The position numbers and the translations under genes are program-made. This document shows, in pieces, positions 1 to 13,254 of a DNA stretch of 64,000 bases. Source of the DNA: Octopus sinensis. Taxonomy: Eukaryota. Positions within the stretch are counted from its first letter, which is position 1. The number at the start of each line of letters is the position of its first letter. Where the stretch lies: NCBI RefSeq assembly GCF_006345805.1, contig NC_043004.1:48918001-48982000 (forward strand), given 5' to 3'. Below the pieces are notes generated by a model, which did not search any database, was not told the origin of the DNA, and saw only the letters and a program-made list of their open reading frames with translations.

Positions 1-135
1 TGTAACTTAACAGATCGGCAAAAGATACCGATAGAATAAGTACTAGGCTTACAAAGAATAAGTCCTGGGGTCGTATTCCTCTACTAAAGGCGGTGCTGCA
101 GTATGGCCACAGTCAAATAACTGAAACAAGTAAAA
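1..135 (+). mobile_element. SINE family 1, 3' part
   Basis: ...cagtcaaataactgaaacaagtaaaagag tail. Confidence 0.8.
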
Positions 136-1164
136 GAGTATGTTTATATAAATAATATATGTGTATGTATATATATATATATATGTATATATAAATAATA
201 TACGTATGTGTATATATATATGTATATATAAATAATATACATATGTGTGTAAATATAAATGATATATGTATATGTGTGTATGTATATATATGTATATATA
301 TGCATATATAAATAATATGTGTACGTATATATACATATATATGTATGTGTGTGTGTACCAATGCATGTATATATATATATATATATATATAACATGTATA
401 TATATATATATGTGTGTATATAATGTATATATATTTAGGTTTATATTATACATTCATGTTGTGTGTGTGCATGTATTCTTCGTTAATTAAAATACTCCTT
501 GATGTCTGTGCATGTTTTCCGCATTAATTTCAAGCATCTGCTGTCGCTTCTTATTCAAATCCATTGATAACACTCGTGAAAGAAATTCATTACATGTTTT
601 ATTACATGTATGGTGAACATGGCATTAATTTCTGTCCATGCAGCAACATAACATGAATGCAGTTTATGGCTCTAAACATTTTCTTCCTAAATCTTCAAGG
701 ATGCAAAGTAAATATTACTTTGTTGTATGCATAAAGTCTACATATATATATATATTCAATATGTATTTTAATTAAGTTTTCCTAAGTGAAGGGAAAGAAA
801 TTCAGTACGTGTATTATTTTACATCCCATATTTTCTGGCACAGAAGTTAATGTAGTGTTTAGTATAAACATGTCATGTAAGAAGCATTTAAACATTGTCA
901 CAACTTTCCAAATCCTGCTGCATTCCATATGGAACTTTCGGCCCTCCAAAGTCATCTTGTTGTATAAGTGAACCCATCTCTTTTGGCTGTAAATTTGGGT
1001 CTGAAAATCTTAATTCATATGCCAGAAAATACTGTATTGTAAACCTGATGATGGTACCACGTTACTGTTGTTTACATTCTTGAGGGAAAAGTGTCATTAA
1101 ACAATTAATTTCAGTCAGCTAATATTCAATTAAAAATTTTAAATGAAATCAATATGTATAGGCA

Positions 1165-1571
1165 CAGGAGTGGCTGTGTGGTAAGTAGCTTGCTAACCAA
1201 CCACATGGTTCCGGGTTCAGTCCCACTGCGTGGCATCTTGTCTTCTGCTATAGCACCGGGCCGACCAATGCCTTGTGAGTGGATTTGGTAGACGGAAACT
1301 GAAAGAAGCCTGTCGTATATATATATATATATTATATATATGTGTGTGTGTGTTTGTGTGTCTGTGTTTGTCCCCCTAGCATTGCTTGACAACCGATGCT
1401 GGTGTGTTTACGTCCCCGTCACTTAGTGGTTCGGCAAAAGAGACCGATAGAATAAGTACTGGGCTTACAAAGAATAAGTCCCGGGGTCGATTTGCTCGAC
1501 TAAAGGTGGTGCTCCAGCATGGCCGCAGTCAAATGACTGAAACAAGTAAAAGAGTAAAAGAGAGTAAAGAG
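1165..1571 (+). mobile_element. tRNA-derived SINE family 1 (about 400 bp, internal TA/TG microsatellite, (GAGTAAA)n tail)
   Basis: Head GGAGTGGCTGTGTGGTAAG...GGTTCAGTCC with pol III A/B-box-like motifs; many copies in the window. Confidence 0.85.
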
Positions 1572-1781
1572 TATATGTATGTATGTGTGTATACATGTGT
1601 GTGTGTGTGTGTATTTCTTTGTTACATGGGTGCCAAAAAACTGGCCCTATACTTAGCAATTTATCTACCAAACATGAAGAAAAAGATTATATACTAAAGG
1701 TGAAGAGCCATAAGTACACCTAAAGATGGGCATTGAATAATAAAAAGATAAAAAAAAGAAGGATGAATATAATAATATAAC

Positions 1782-2212
1782 AGGTGTAGCTGTGTGGTAA
1801 GCAGCTTGCTGCCCAACCACATGGTTCTGGGTTCAGTCCCACTGCATGGTATCTTGGGCAAGTGTTTTCTATTATAGACTTGGGCTGACCAAAGTTTTGT
1901 GAGTGGATTTGGTAGACAGAAACTAGAAAAAACCCCATCAGACATGTGTGTATGTTAGTGAGTGTGTGTGTGCGTATGTATGTGTGTGTATGTGTGTGTT
2001 TGTCCTCCACCACTGCTTGACAACCAGTGTTGATTTGTTTACATCCATGTAACTTAGCTGCTTGGCAAAAGAGACTGATAGTATAAAGTACCAGATTAAA
2101 AAAACATACACACACAAAAAAAGAATGCACTGGGGTTGATTTGTTCAACTAAAAACTCTTCAAGGTCCCAGCATGGCTGCAGTCCAATGATTGAATCCAG
2201 TAAAAGATAAAA
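1782..2212 (+). mobile_element. SINE family 1, diverged copy
   Basis: Same architecture with many CpG-type transitions. Confidence 0.75.
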
Positions 2213-2317
2213 GAACATCACTAAACATGATCTGTTGAAGAATGTGAACAAAAGAACATAGCCGAAGATGAATGATATAGAATAAAACCAGTTCTTAGAA
2301 ACCAAATTTATATCTAA

Positions 2318-2520
2318 TAGGGTGTCGAAAAGTTCCTGGATTTGGGTAAAAGAAAATCAGTTAATTATGATTTTATTTAACATATTCCCTTCTCAGATTC
2401 TCACTTGTTGCAGTGGTCCTTTAGTTTTTCTAAGCCCTGTAAAAGAACTTGGAATGTTGGGCCTCCAACTGGACCTTTCATGACACCCTTAAAAGCCAGG
2501 AACTTTTCAGCAACCGCTCG
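2318..2520 (-). mobile_element. Mariner-derived MITE
   Basis: Ends ...gaaaagttcctgg and ccaggaacttttcagc...tcgTA; reverse complement of the 45618 copy. Confidence 0.7.
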
Positions 2521-2700
2521 TATATATATCTTGTGTGCAAACTTCTCTTGTTAAATGTGGAAGAAGCAGACCAGTAAAATCTACATCAACTAAGTGCTAG
2601 AAGAAACTGGATGCACCATCCAAGAGCTTAAGATTGTCATGGTTGACAGAAAGGGATGGAAGATGTGTGTGAAGAATCCTTCATCCACTAACTAACTAAT

Positions 2701-3020
2701 ATCATCATCATTATCATCATCATCGTTTAACGTCCGCTTTCCATGCTAGCATGTGTTGGACGATTTGACTGAGGTCTGGCGAACCAGACTCCAATCTGAT
2801 CTGGCAGAGTTTCTACAGCTGGATGGCCTTCCTAACGCTAACCACTCCGAGAGTGTAGTGGGTGCTTTTATGTGCCACTGGCACGAGGGCCAGTTTGGTA
2901 GTACTGGCGACGGCCACGTCCAAATGATGCTTTTTACATGCCACCTGCACAGGAACCAGTCCAGTGGCACTGGCGACATCCTCACTCGAATGTTTCACGT
3001 GCCACCAACACAAGTGCTAG
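2701..3020 (-). mobile_element. RTE 3' end (short truncated copy)
   Basis: (CAT)n followed by gtttaacgtccgctttccatgctagc..., the reverse complement of the 21003-copy tail. Confidence 0.8.
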
Positions 3021-4167
3021 TAAAATATGCAAAGATGAAGAGACTACTGTATGACCAACAATAAGAAAACAGTTATAACAGAAGATGAGAAACCAGAAAT
3101 ATATCCAAAATATGAAGGTATAATAATTTGACAAAAATGAATATAATAACAACAAATATATATATAACAAGTTTGAATTAGAAAATAGAAGTAAAAAAAA
3201 ACGAACTAGAAAACCCAGGAATAGAACAAAAGAACAAAGAAAAGGCTGGCCAAAAATGAGGGCAACAAAAGATAACAAAAGATGAAGACAACCACAGATG
3301 ATAACCAAAGAATACAATAAAAGTACAACAATATTCATTGATAAACAATGAAAACAACAAAATAAGAACAATTTATTTCAAAAATGGTAAAGTAGAAAGG
3401 TGTTTTGTAAAATAAGTACATCTTTTAAACAAATATTTCAACTTTTGTCATTATTTCTATTGCTTTATTGCTCAGCTATCTGTGAAGTCAGAATGTAGAA
3501 GAATGTGTGTGTGTGTGTTTGTGTGTTCTTTTTCTCTTTGTAATTTTAGGGTAAATTTTGACCAGCCACCTACTTGGTAGCAAGGTTGTGAAGAAAAGTA
3601 TTTTGTTTTAACCAACATCCTTTAAATCTTAAGAATGTCTTGCAGATTTTATAGTCCCAGATACTGTGACCATTTGTTGCATACGAATTCAGGATTATGT
3701 ATGTATGTCTTCAGTTTTATTTCAAGATTTCTTACCAATAGAGAAATCTGCAGTTACTCTATCCAGATTACAAGTTCAGGTTTATATCTGCAATTATTGG
3801 GGCCCTGGGATATGTAACAGACTGCCTAAATTCCAACCTTGAGAAATTAGGCTTCTCACAACCAGAAAGGAGAGAGCTAATTTGAAGTCTACAGATCCAA
3901 TCCATCACTGGAACTGTAAAAATCTGTAAAACTTTCCAGAAGTTTAGCATTTAAATATATTTGAGCATGTCTAGATATGCAACTGTATGCATGAGAATTC
4001 ATACATAAAGCAAAACATACAAATCTGCACATGTACATAGATACATACAAGCAAAAATACCCTGTTGTGGATGTTGAAATTCCGATGAAGGAGTCCTGAA
4101 TCTTGGTTAGAAACCGGCTCTTTCTCTATTGGCAAAAAATCTTGAAATAAAGCTGAACAATGGCATG

Positions 4168-4238
<71 letters not shown>

Positions 4239-4250
4239 ACACATACACAC

Positions 4251-4283
<33 letters not shown>

Positions 4284-4672
4284 CCAGCCAAGCAATCAGC
4301 CAACCAACCAACCAACCAACCAGCCGACCAACCAACCAACCAACACAGATATTGGACCTGGACTCAGTTCTCCCATCTTAGTGCCTAAGATGTTGTGCTC
4401 GTAAGCATGAGATGAAGGGTTCGATTCCCAGACCAGGCAGTATTTTGTGCTCTTGAGCAAACCACTTCATCTTACATTGCTCTGTGATCGCTTTGACACC
4501 TGATGTGTGACCCCGCACTAAACACCGCACAAGCAATCTCAATTTGATGGAAGGAGTGACTAATGTGTAGTACAAACATTCAATCACTATAAACAAGACA
4601 TCTGTGCAGATTTTTCTGCAAGAAATTGCAAGACCTCCATCTGTTGTTTATTGTAGGACACTCCATGCATAT

Positions 4673-5170
4673 ATCATCATCATCATCATCGTTTAACGTC
4701 CGCTTTCCATGCTAGCATGGGCTGGACGATTTTGACTGAGGGCTGGCGAGCCAGATGGCTGCACCAGGCTCCAATCTTGATCTGGCAGAGTTTCTACAGC
4801 TGGATGCCCTTCCTAATGCCAACCACTCCGAGAGTGTAGTGGGTACTTTTTACGTGCCACCGGCATGGGGGCCAGTCAGGCGGCACTGGCCACGACCTCG
4901 CTTGAATCTTTTTACATGTGCCAGTGAAGCAACGTTGGTAATGATCACGCTCGAATGGTGCCCTTGTACGCACCACGGGTACGGAAGTCAGTTGGCTGGT
5001 CTGGCAACAATCACACTCAGATGGTGCTCTTGGCACCCTACTAGCACAGGCATAAGTGCCAGTTAAGGCGACGCTGGTAACGATCATACTTGAATAGCCA
5101 CTCTGTCAATGATCACACTCGTATGGTGCTCTTTGCACCCTGCTAGCACAAATGCCAGTCATCGAATTGA
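4673..5170 (-). mobile_element. RTE 3' end (truncated copy)
   Basis: Same (CAT)n-gtttaacgtccgc tail with degenerate subrepeats. Confidence 0.8.
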
Positions 5171-5199
5171 TTTTGAGATATATATATATATATATATCA

Positions 5200-5495
5200 C
5201 GTGATCACGTGACTGAGCAGGCTATCAGATGTTACTACACATCGCTGATCACAATGCGCTTTGCGTTGTTTTAGCCTTCAAATGACGCCACCCCGCTGGC
5301 TAAGCGAGAAGAAAGAGTGAGAGAAAGTTGTGGCGAAAGAGTACAGCAGGGATTGCCACCACCCCCTGCCAGAGCCTTGTGGAGCTTTAGGTGTTTCACT
5401 CAGTAAACATGCACAACGCCCGGTCTGGGAATCGAAACCGTGATCCTACGACTGTGAGTCTGCTGCCCTAACCACTGGGCCATCGCTCCTCCACA
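5200..5495 (-). mobile_element. SINE family 3 copy
   Basis: Same tRNA-like head and gaaagagtgagagaaagttgtgg body; related copies at about 14305-14570 and 29028-29270. Confidence 0.75.
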
Positions 5496-5533
5496 TATAT
5501 ATATATATATATGTTCTTCTGGAGTAAAATGGT

Positions 5534-5937
5534 TTACTCTTTACTCTTTTACTTGTTTCAGTCATTTGACTGTGGCCATGCTGGAGCACCGCCTTTAGTC
5601 AAGCAAATCGACCCTGGGACTTATTCTTTGTAAGCCCAGTACTTATTCTATCGGTCTCTTTTGCCGAACCGCTAAGTGACGGGGACGTAAACACACCAGC
5701 ATCGGTTGTCAAGCAATGCTAGGGGGACAAACACAGGCACACAAACACACACACACACATATATATATATATACCTATACACGACAGGCTTCTTTCAGTT
5801 TCTGTCTACCAAATCCACTCAGAAGGCATTGGTTGGCCCGGGGCTGTAGCAGAAGACACTTGCCCAAGATGCCACGCAGTGGGACTGAACCCGGAACCAT
5901 GTGGCTGGTTAGCAAGCTACTTACCACACAGCCACTC
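5534..5937 (-). mobile_element. SINE family 1
   Basis: Reverse complement of the family consensus. Confidence 0.85.
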
Positions 5938-6708
5938 AGTTATGTGAAACAGGTGATACAGGAAAGTGCAGCATTGACAACAAAACATTTGTGGAGGAAA
6001 TGATGGACTAATTCTACTAAGCGATATGTCATGTGTCCATTTGGAGTATTCCATGCCCAAACCTGTCATGGAAAATTGTGAGTGGGAGGCATGGGATTTT
6101 TGAATGCACCGCAAAGCTGTCAGTGGATATACTCTCCTTTGTTGCAGTCAGTGTTGCATAATAACACAAGCCATTATCTGAAGTTTTGGCACTTCTTTCA
6201 GGTTTGTTGTCCTACGTCACTCATAAAGTAAATTTGGAGGAACTGTGGTTGTTCATTTGTGGGTAACAGGGAAACAATGAGGTGATAGACTTGCCCTTGA
6301 ACTTTGAATGTTAGCATAAATCCATGTTCAACTATCTCCTTAGATGCACCAAAGGATGTCATTTAAAATGCAAGGTTGTATTGTCTGGTATTGTTCAGAA
6401 AATCCTTTGAGTGGATGGAAGTGCCTTCCTGAAAATCCATAAGAAGTTGAGGAGGAGCTGATTGTGCTGGTAATCTTACCTTGCTGCTTGAGCAGTACAT
6501 GCCATTACTTTCGTTTGGAAATTTTAAAGCTTTGTAGAAATGACAATTTGAGTTTAGTACACTAATTTGGATAAAATTAGCATTTTTATAAGAATGGGAT
6601 GGATCATATCTGAAAGTGGCTCCAGGAGTTGTGATGAATGAATTTGTAAGTAGTTTGTTTCTGAGAGCTGTTCTATTGAACCTCTGTCTAATCATGAAAA
6701 TGTTTTAA

Positions 6709-7153
6709 CCCTTTCGTTACCAACCCGGCCAAAACCGGTTCTGGCTCTGTAGTACAAATGTCTTGTTTTCATAAGTTTTCCATCAAAATGTACCACCAAA
6801 CCTTAGTAGCAATTTATATTCCTAATACTAGCTTAACCCTTTAGCATTCAAACCGGCCATATCTGGCCAAAATATTTAACCTGTTTTATATTGAAACTGA
6901 CCAGATCTCACCTCTCACCTCAGCCCTACCATGTCATTCTAAAACTAAAAAATCACATCACTGCAATCTCTAAACTACAAGATAATACATGATTAATTCA
7001 AAACAATATAAATAAACAAACATCACATTTGACAGAATAATCTGAAAACTAAAGGGTTAATGATAACTAAGTTATTTTACTAAATTATTTGTTATATTTA
7101 AAATAATTGAAAGAAACACAGAGCATCTCAAAATAAATACAGTAACAAAAGGG
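6709..7153. mobile_element. piggyBac-type MITE family A (TTAA|CCCTTTCGTTACC ends)
   Basis: TTAA at 6705-6708 and 7154-7157; CCCT...AGGG terminal inverted repeats. Confidence 0.85.
6837..7056. mobile_element. piggyBac-type MITE family B nested in family A
   Basis: CCCTTTAG...CTAAAGGG ends with a duplicated TTAA (6833-6836, 7057-7060). The uninterrupted family-A copies at 15531-16257 have a single TTAA at this position. Confidence 0.85.
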
Positions 7154-8529
7154 TTAAGTGCTGTAGCATGCCTTTGCTGGTGTTGGGAAAGTCTCATCTC
7201 CCTTCTGAATTGAGACTCCATCTGATATGCTGTAGCATAACCTTTGCCGATCTTGGGAAATAATAATCTAAGGGTAAAGATGTAATTGTAAAAACCTCGC
7301 AACTTTGCAAATGCTGCGATAATTAATAACTGGTAATTGAAGGGTAAACGTGTATTTTTATATACCTTGGACCTGCCACCTCATTGGTTTTTGTCAAGAG
7401 TTTCACCTCCAGCCATTCGTTAGGTCAGTCAATACACATACTCCGACACACCATTCCGCTGTGGTGGCCATAAAAACAGAAAGTTGCGGATGTGTAATGT
7501 TGTTCACATTAGGATATAAATTATTCCTTTATTTCAAATATAATAGAAATAAGATGATGTTAGTGTTATAACATTAGAATGAAAAGTGAAAGAATGAAAG
7601 TGAAACAATATTATATCACATTATTTGACATATAATACCAAACCAGTGCCAATGTTATAATGTTTTAATCCAAATGAAAAAAAAAAAAATTACGTGCTGA
7701 CTCTGACGGGGTCTGATACCATTACCTTGTAAAATTTGATTTGATTTAGTTGAGCCATTTGAGAATGCATAGGGAACAGACAGACAGACACAGAATTTTA
7801 TATATATAGGTGTGTGTGATATCTGTTCCAAATTCCTCTCACAAGTAATTGGTCAACCTAGGACTACATTAGAAGGCACTTCGCCAAGTTGCTGTGCATT
7901 GGGACTCTAAACTAATGAATGAAGCAGCATATTCTATATTTAGAATATCAGTTTGTATATTTCACATTTTCGAAAATATATCTTTGAGCTGGCAGAACCA
8001 TTAGCACAGCAGACAATTGGCTTAGCAGCATTTCTTCTGACTTCATGCCCTGATTATAAATTCTGCTGAGGTCAGCTTTGCCTTTCATCCTTTCAGGGTT
8101 GATAAAACGAAGTACAAGATGAGCATTGGGACCCATGTAATTGACAGCCCCCTTTTTCGAAATTACAGGTCTTGTGCTTTTAGTAGAAAACATTATTTTT
8201 ATGGTTCACCTAGGCACATCTCAGTGCACACTACCGTGACATAGCGTGCCATTTAGAAACTGCTGCACCAGGGTGTGATTTGTGGGAGATGTGTCTGTTA
8301 TTTCTAGCAGGTTTAGGGACCACATAAAGAAGTTCCCTTGTCAGCTCACACTGAATCCAGTTGTTGGCTCATGTTGATCACACTGTAATCTACTGTTGCT
8401 AAATCAGCAACGTTTCCCTGGATTCGCCTCTTACATCTTGCCACTGCTCATGGCACCATCTTCAGCTCACTGCGCAGACCAACTTGTAGATCATTATATT
8501 GCTACTGTGACGATTAAGTTTTCATTCAC

Positions 8530-9125
8530 TTCTTGTTGCTTTTCCTTTTTCCCTCATGCTCTCCCCTCTTCCTTTCAAGCTCTCCCTTTCTTCCCCCATT
8601 CACTTCCTCTCTTCCCCCACACTTTCTCCCTCTTCCCCACGCTACCCCTCTTTCCCATGCTCTCCCCCTCTTCCCCTATGCTCTCCCCCTCTTCTCCCAT
8701 GCTCTCCTCTTTCCCATACTTTCCTCTTTCCCATGCTCTCCCCCTCTTCCACCCACACTTCCCTTCTACCCCCATGCTCTTCATTCTTTCCCCCACACCC
8801 CCTCTTTACCAATGCTCTCCCTCTCTTCCTCACAACCTCTCCCTCTTTCCCCCATAAGCTCTCTCTCTCTCTTCTCCCCACACTCTCCCTCTTTTCCTCC
8901 ACACTCTCCCTCTTTTCCTCCACACTCTCCCTTTCTTCCCCACATTCACCCTTTCTCCCTCTTACACTCTCCCTCTCTTCCCCTACACCCTCACTCTCTT
9001 TCCCTATGCCCTCCTTCTCTTCCCCCATGCTCACCCTCTATTCCTGTCACACTCCCTCTTCCCCCAACACTCTCTTCTCCCCCATGCTCTCCCACTCTTA
9101 TGCTCATGCTCTCTCTCTCTCTGTT
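8530..9125. repeat. Polypyrimidine low-complexity tract with a recurring ccccatgctctcc motif
   Basis: Almost only C/T on the + strand; source of several spurious ORFs. Confidence 0.85.
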
Positions 9126-10575
9126 CGTCTTTCTAAGTTGCTATTTCACCATACTGCTTCATTCATGGAGAGCTCCACACTAGTGTTAGAATGAGGTTGG
9201 TTAGCTTCCAGTCATAAGCTTCTTCGTGAAAGTCTTTTCTCTTCTCAAATCCATTGTGATATGACCTTCAATGTCAAAATATTTTCTTTCCGAAGATTAG
9301 TCGTAGAATCTAAAAGTTACTCTGTCTTTTTGCTACTGGCTGTCTCCTCTTAATTTGGTGGAAAATGAACATGTGCATGCACACACACACACACCACACA
9401 CACACACACTACTGGTAACTTGTACATTAACAGTGTACTAATAGAAAATATGTTTGGCTGAAGGCAGAGGAGGGCCTTTGAGTACAGCAATGCATCACTT
9501 AACTAATACCTATTGAATAGCAAAGAAAGAAATGAGTACATCACAGATGTATTTGATAGTAAAAATAGAGTTGGTGAAGAACCTTTGAATAGGTAGTCTG
9601 AGTGTACAGCTGTTCAATGTGACCCAAGGGTAGCTGGACTACCCCCTTAAACAGAAACTTGGTGGAGAAGCACTCATTATATTAGCAGAAACTTACGCAT
9701 GGGTATGTATCATAAGCTAGCAAATACCTATAACATTGACAAAAAATAGTAGCTTCTCCTACATCTGTGATAACTATAGCATGTCTTATCTAGAAGGATA
9801 CAACTTCATGATGCATCTGTAGCAGGAATATTTGGCAGAGTCCCCAAGCACCTAGGAATCAAAACCCAAATTACTAAGTTCCAACAATTAGAAATTTGTT
9901 AGGAATTGATGACATCAGCAAATCATTGACCATTCAAATCTCTGGAGGAGACTACTGTATCAACATGAATGCAATTCATTCAGTTATTGATAATGTCAGC
10001 AAAACACTGACCACTTGGACCTCTGGAAGAACTGAATGTCATCAACAAGTTGTTTTTTCACACCCTTTTCCCTTAACTATATATAGAAGCATCTCTTTAC
10101 TAGCTGCCAGTAGTAGCATGATGCTCTTTGAGCCTGTCAGCTGCAAGTGTGGCTTTAAGCGATCAAGTGCAATGAATGATGATGATGATGACACAACTTA
10201 AACCACCAAGCTGCTAAAATCACATAATGATGGTTGCTGTCTCATTCTAGACCATAACAAACTGTTTAACTAACTCAGCATAAATATTTCTTTTCAGTCA
10301 GTGGTTGTAATGACAATACATTGCTTTGTTTAACAATAAAATGAGTGTTTTTGTATTTAAAATTTATTGTTCTTGCAAATGTTCTTATCATTTATGTTAA
10401 ACATCTGGTCAATAGAAGAGATAAAGATAACTAATAATGTCTACGTTTTGATATAAAATGTCATTTGTACCATCCCAGTGTAGAAGCCTTGTTCACATCA
10501 TCAGCACCTTCCCCTGAAATGTTCACAAGCTACTATTTCATCTCAAGACATGACATTGTTGTTAAAACTATTTAT

Positions 10576-13216
10576 GCAGGAGTGGCTGTGTGGTAAGTAG
10601 CTTGCTTACCAACCACATTGTTCCAGGTTCAGTCCCACTGCGTGGCATCTTGGGCAAGTGTCTTCTGCTATAGCCCCGGGCTGACCAATGCATTGTGAGT
10701 GGATTTGGTAGACGGAAACTGAAAGAAGCCTGCCGGATATATGTATGTATATATATATGTATGTGTGTGTATGTTTGTGTGTCTGTGTTTGTCCCCCTAG
10801 CATTGCTTGACAACCGATGCTGGTGTGTTTATGTCCCCGTCACTTAGCGGTTCGGCAAAAAGAGACCAATAGAATAAGTACTGGGCTTACAAAGAATAAG
10901 TCCCGGGGTCGAGTTGCTTGATTAAAGGCGGTGCTCCAGCATGGCCACAGTCAAATGACTGAAACAAGTAAAAGAGTAAAAGAATATGTTATCCGCAGGT
11001 AAGATTATCTTGATGGGCATGCAAAAGACCAACCATAACCAAAATATATCCATAACTGTAAAAATAAGGAATTTCCGAGTGAGCATTCCTGTAAGCACAG
11101 CAATCTAGTGCAAACACAAGACTTGATATTATTCTATGAGATGGAATAAGTTATGCACTCTTGTGGAGATCAACTGACAAGCAGGTGTGAATGGCTCCCA
11201 TCTAAAGTTATGGAAAAAGAAAGCATCAGTATAAATCAATGTGCAACCTACAGCTTTTGTATCCTGGCTTTGTTTTTATCATTTGTATCTATTATCATAG
11301 GTGTACTGTGTTATGTAACAATAGATTTACATAAAAGCCTGTGAATACGATCCATGCTCACTTAGCTTTGTTGATAGATCCTTGTGGATTATGATTTTGT
11401 CATAAGTTCAACGATATAAACAAGAAATATATTCCTATAACAATTCCCATAGTATTTTCCTTGCTGCAAAACATCAACAAACTTGTAAGCAAAGATTAAG
11501 AACAGTTCTAGTATTAAGCACTGAAACACAAAACACCCACCCACACATGCACACACATACACACACACACATACATGCACACATGTTATAAATATACTTT
11601 AGAAGGATTAACGAGAATCAATAAGATAATTATTTACTTAATAAAGCCAAGGTTTTTTGAGAAGCTTTGTCTTTTCTTTTCATAAAATTCTTGCAGGAGT
11701 GGCTGTGTGGTAAGTAGCTTGTTTACCAACCACATGGTTCCGGGTTCAGTCCCACTGCATGGCACCTTGGGCAAGTGTCTTCTACTATAGCCTTGGGCCG
11801 ACCAAAGCCTTGTGAGTGGATTTGGTAGACAGAAACTGAAAGAAGTCCGTCGTATATATGTATGTATATATATGTATGTGTGTGTGTTTGTGTGTCTGTG
11901 TTTGTCCCCCTAGCACTGCTTGACAACCGATGCTGGTGTGTTTATGTCCCCGTTACTTAGCGGTTCGGCAAAAAGAGACCAATAGAATAAGTACTGGGCT
12001 TACAAAGAATAAGTCCCGGGGTCGAGTTGCTTGATTAAAGGCGGTGCTCCAGCATGGCCACAGTCAAATGACTGAAACAAGTAAAAGAGTAAAAGAATAT
12101 GTTATCCGCAGGTAAGATTATCTTGATGGGCATGCAAAAGACCAACCATAACCAAAATATATCCATAACTGTAAAAATAAGGAATTTCCGAGTGAGCATT
12201 CCTGTAAGCACAGCAATCTAGTGCAAACACAAGACTTGATATTATTCTATGAGATGGAATAAGTTATGCACTCTTGTGGAGGTCAACTGACAAGCAGGTG
12301 TGAATGGCTCCCATCTAAAGTTATGGAAAAAGAAAGCATCAGTATAAATCAATGTGCAACCTACAGCTTTTGTATCCTGGCTTTGTTTTTATCATTTGTA
12401 TCTATTATCATAGGTGTACTGTGTTATGTAACAATAGATTTACATAAAAGCCTGTGAATACGATCCATGCTCACTTAGCTTTGTTGATAGATCCTTGTGG
12501 ATTATGATTTTGTCATAAGTTCAACGATATAAACAAGAAATATATTCCTATAACAATTCCCATAGTATTTTCCTTGCTGCAAAACATCAACAAACTTGTA
12601 AGCAAAGATTAAGAACAGTTCTAGTATTAAGCACTGAAACACAAAACACCCACCCACACATGCACACACATACACACACACACATACATGCACACATGTT
12701 ATAAATATACTTTAGAAGGATTAACGAGAATCAATAAGATAATTATTTACTTAATAAAGCCAAGGTTTTTTGAGAAGCTTTGTCTTTTCTTTTCATAAAA
12801 TTCTTGCAGGAGTGGCTGTGTGGTAAGTAGCTTGTTTACCAACCACATGGTTCCGGGTTCAGTCCCACTGCATGGCACCTTGGGCAAGTGTCTTCTACTA
12901 TAGCCTCGGGCCGACCAAAGCCTTGTGAGTGGATTTGGTAGACAGAAACTGAAAGAAGTCCGTAGTATATATGTATGTATATATATGTATGTGTGTGTGT
13001 TTGTGTGTCTGTGTTTGTCCCCCTAGCACTGCTTGACAACCGATGCTGGTGTGTTTATGTCCCCGTTACTTAGCGGTTCGGCAAAAAGAGACCGATAGAA
13101 TAAGTACTGGGCTTACAAAGAATAAGTCCCGGGGTCGAGTTGCTCGATTAAAGGTGGTGCTCCAGCATGGCCGCAGTCAAATGACTGAAACAAGTAAAAG
13201 AGTAAAGAGTAAAGAG
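10576..13216 (+). repeat. 1113-bp tandem duplication: SINE - 709-bp unique - SINE - 709-bp unique - SINE
   Basis: 10984-11692 and 12097-12805 are identical except for one substitution that I noticed (11169 A vs 12282 G). Confidence 0.95.
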
Positions 13217-13254
13217 AGTGACTGTACCCTCACATCATTAGCCTCTTCGAAAGG

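Larger units (their letters stand above)
6130..7810 (-). mobile_element. Degenerate 3'-truncated Helitron (5' terminus plus start of Rep/Hel ORF), interrupted by nested piggyBac MITEs
   Basis: Minus strand begins A|CCTATATATATAAAATTCTGTGTCTGTCTG, a Helitron-type 5' end (TC decayed to CC). Frame 6201-6560 reads CHFYKALKFPNESNGMYCSSSKVRLP...SKDFLNNTRQYNLAF*MTSFG...TFKVQGQVYHLIVSLLP...FLQIYF, typical of the Helitron Rep N-terminal region, with one in-frame stop. Confidence 0.85.

Noticed and set aside
790-1040. Minus-strand open frames FTIQYFLAYELRFSDPNLQPKEMG...FGGPKVPYGMQQD and TQIYSQKRWVHLYNKMTLEGRKFHMEC
   Set aside because: Splice signals are weak and I cannot assign a family confidently. 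There is a faint resemblance to a decayed Helitron Rep segment, but it is too weak to call without tblastn.
8396-9194. Pro/Ser/Leu-rich ORFs of 150-216 aa
   Set aside because: They come from the polypyrimidine low-complexity tract, are open in several frames and show no protein signature.
10984-11692. Hydrophobic ORFs in the duplicated unique segment (11153-11344, 11389-11580) as a duplicated membrane-protein exon
   Set aside because: No recognisable family motif, no consistent acceptor/donor pair giving an open exon, and the hydrophobic bias is expected from AT-rich DNA.
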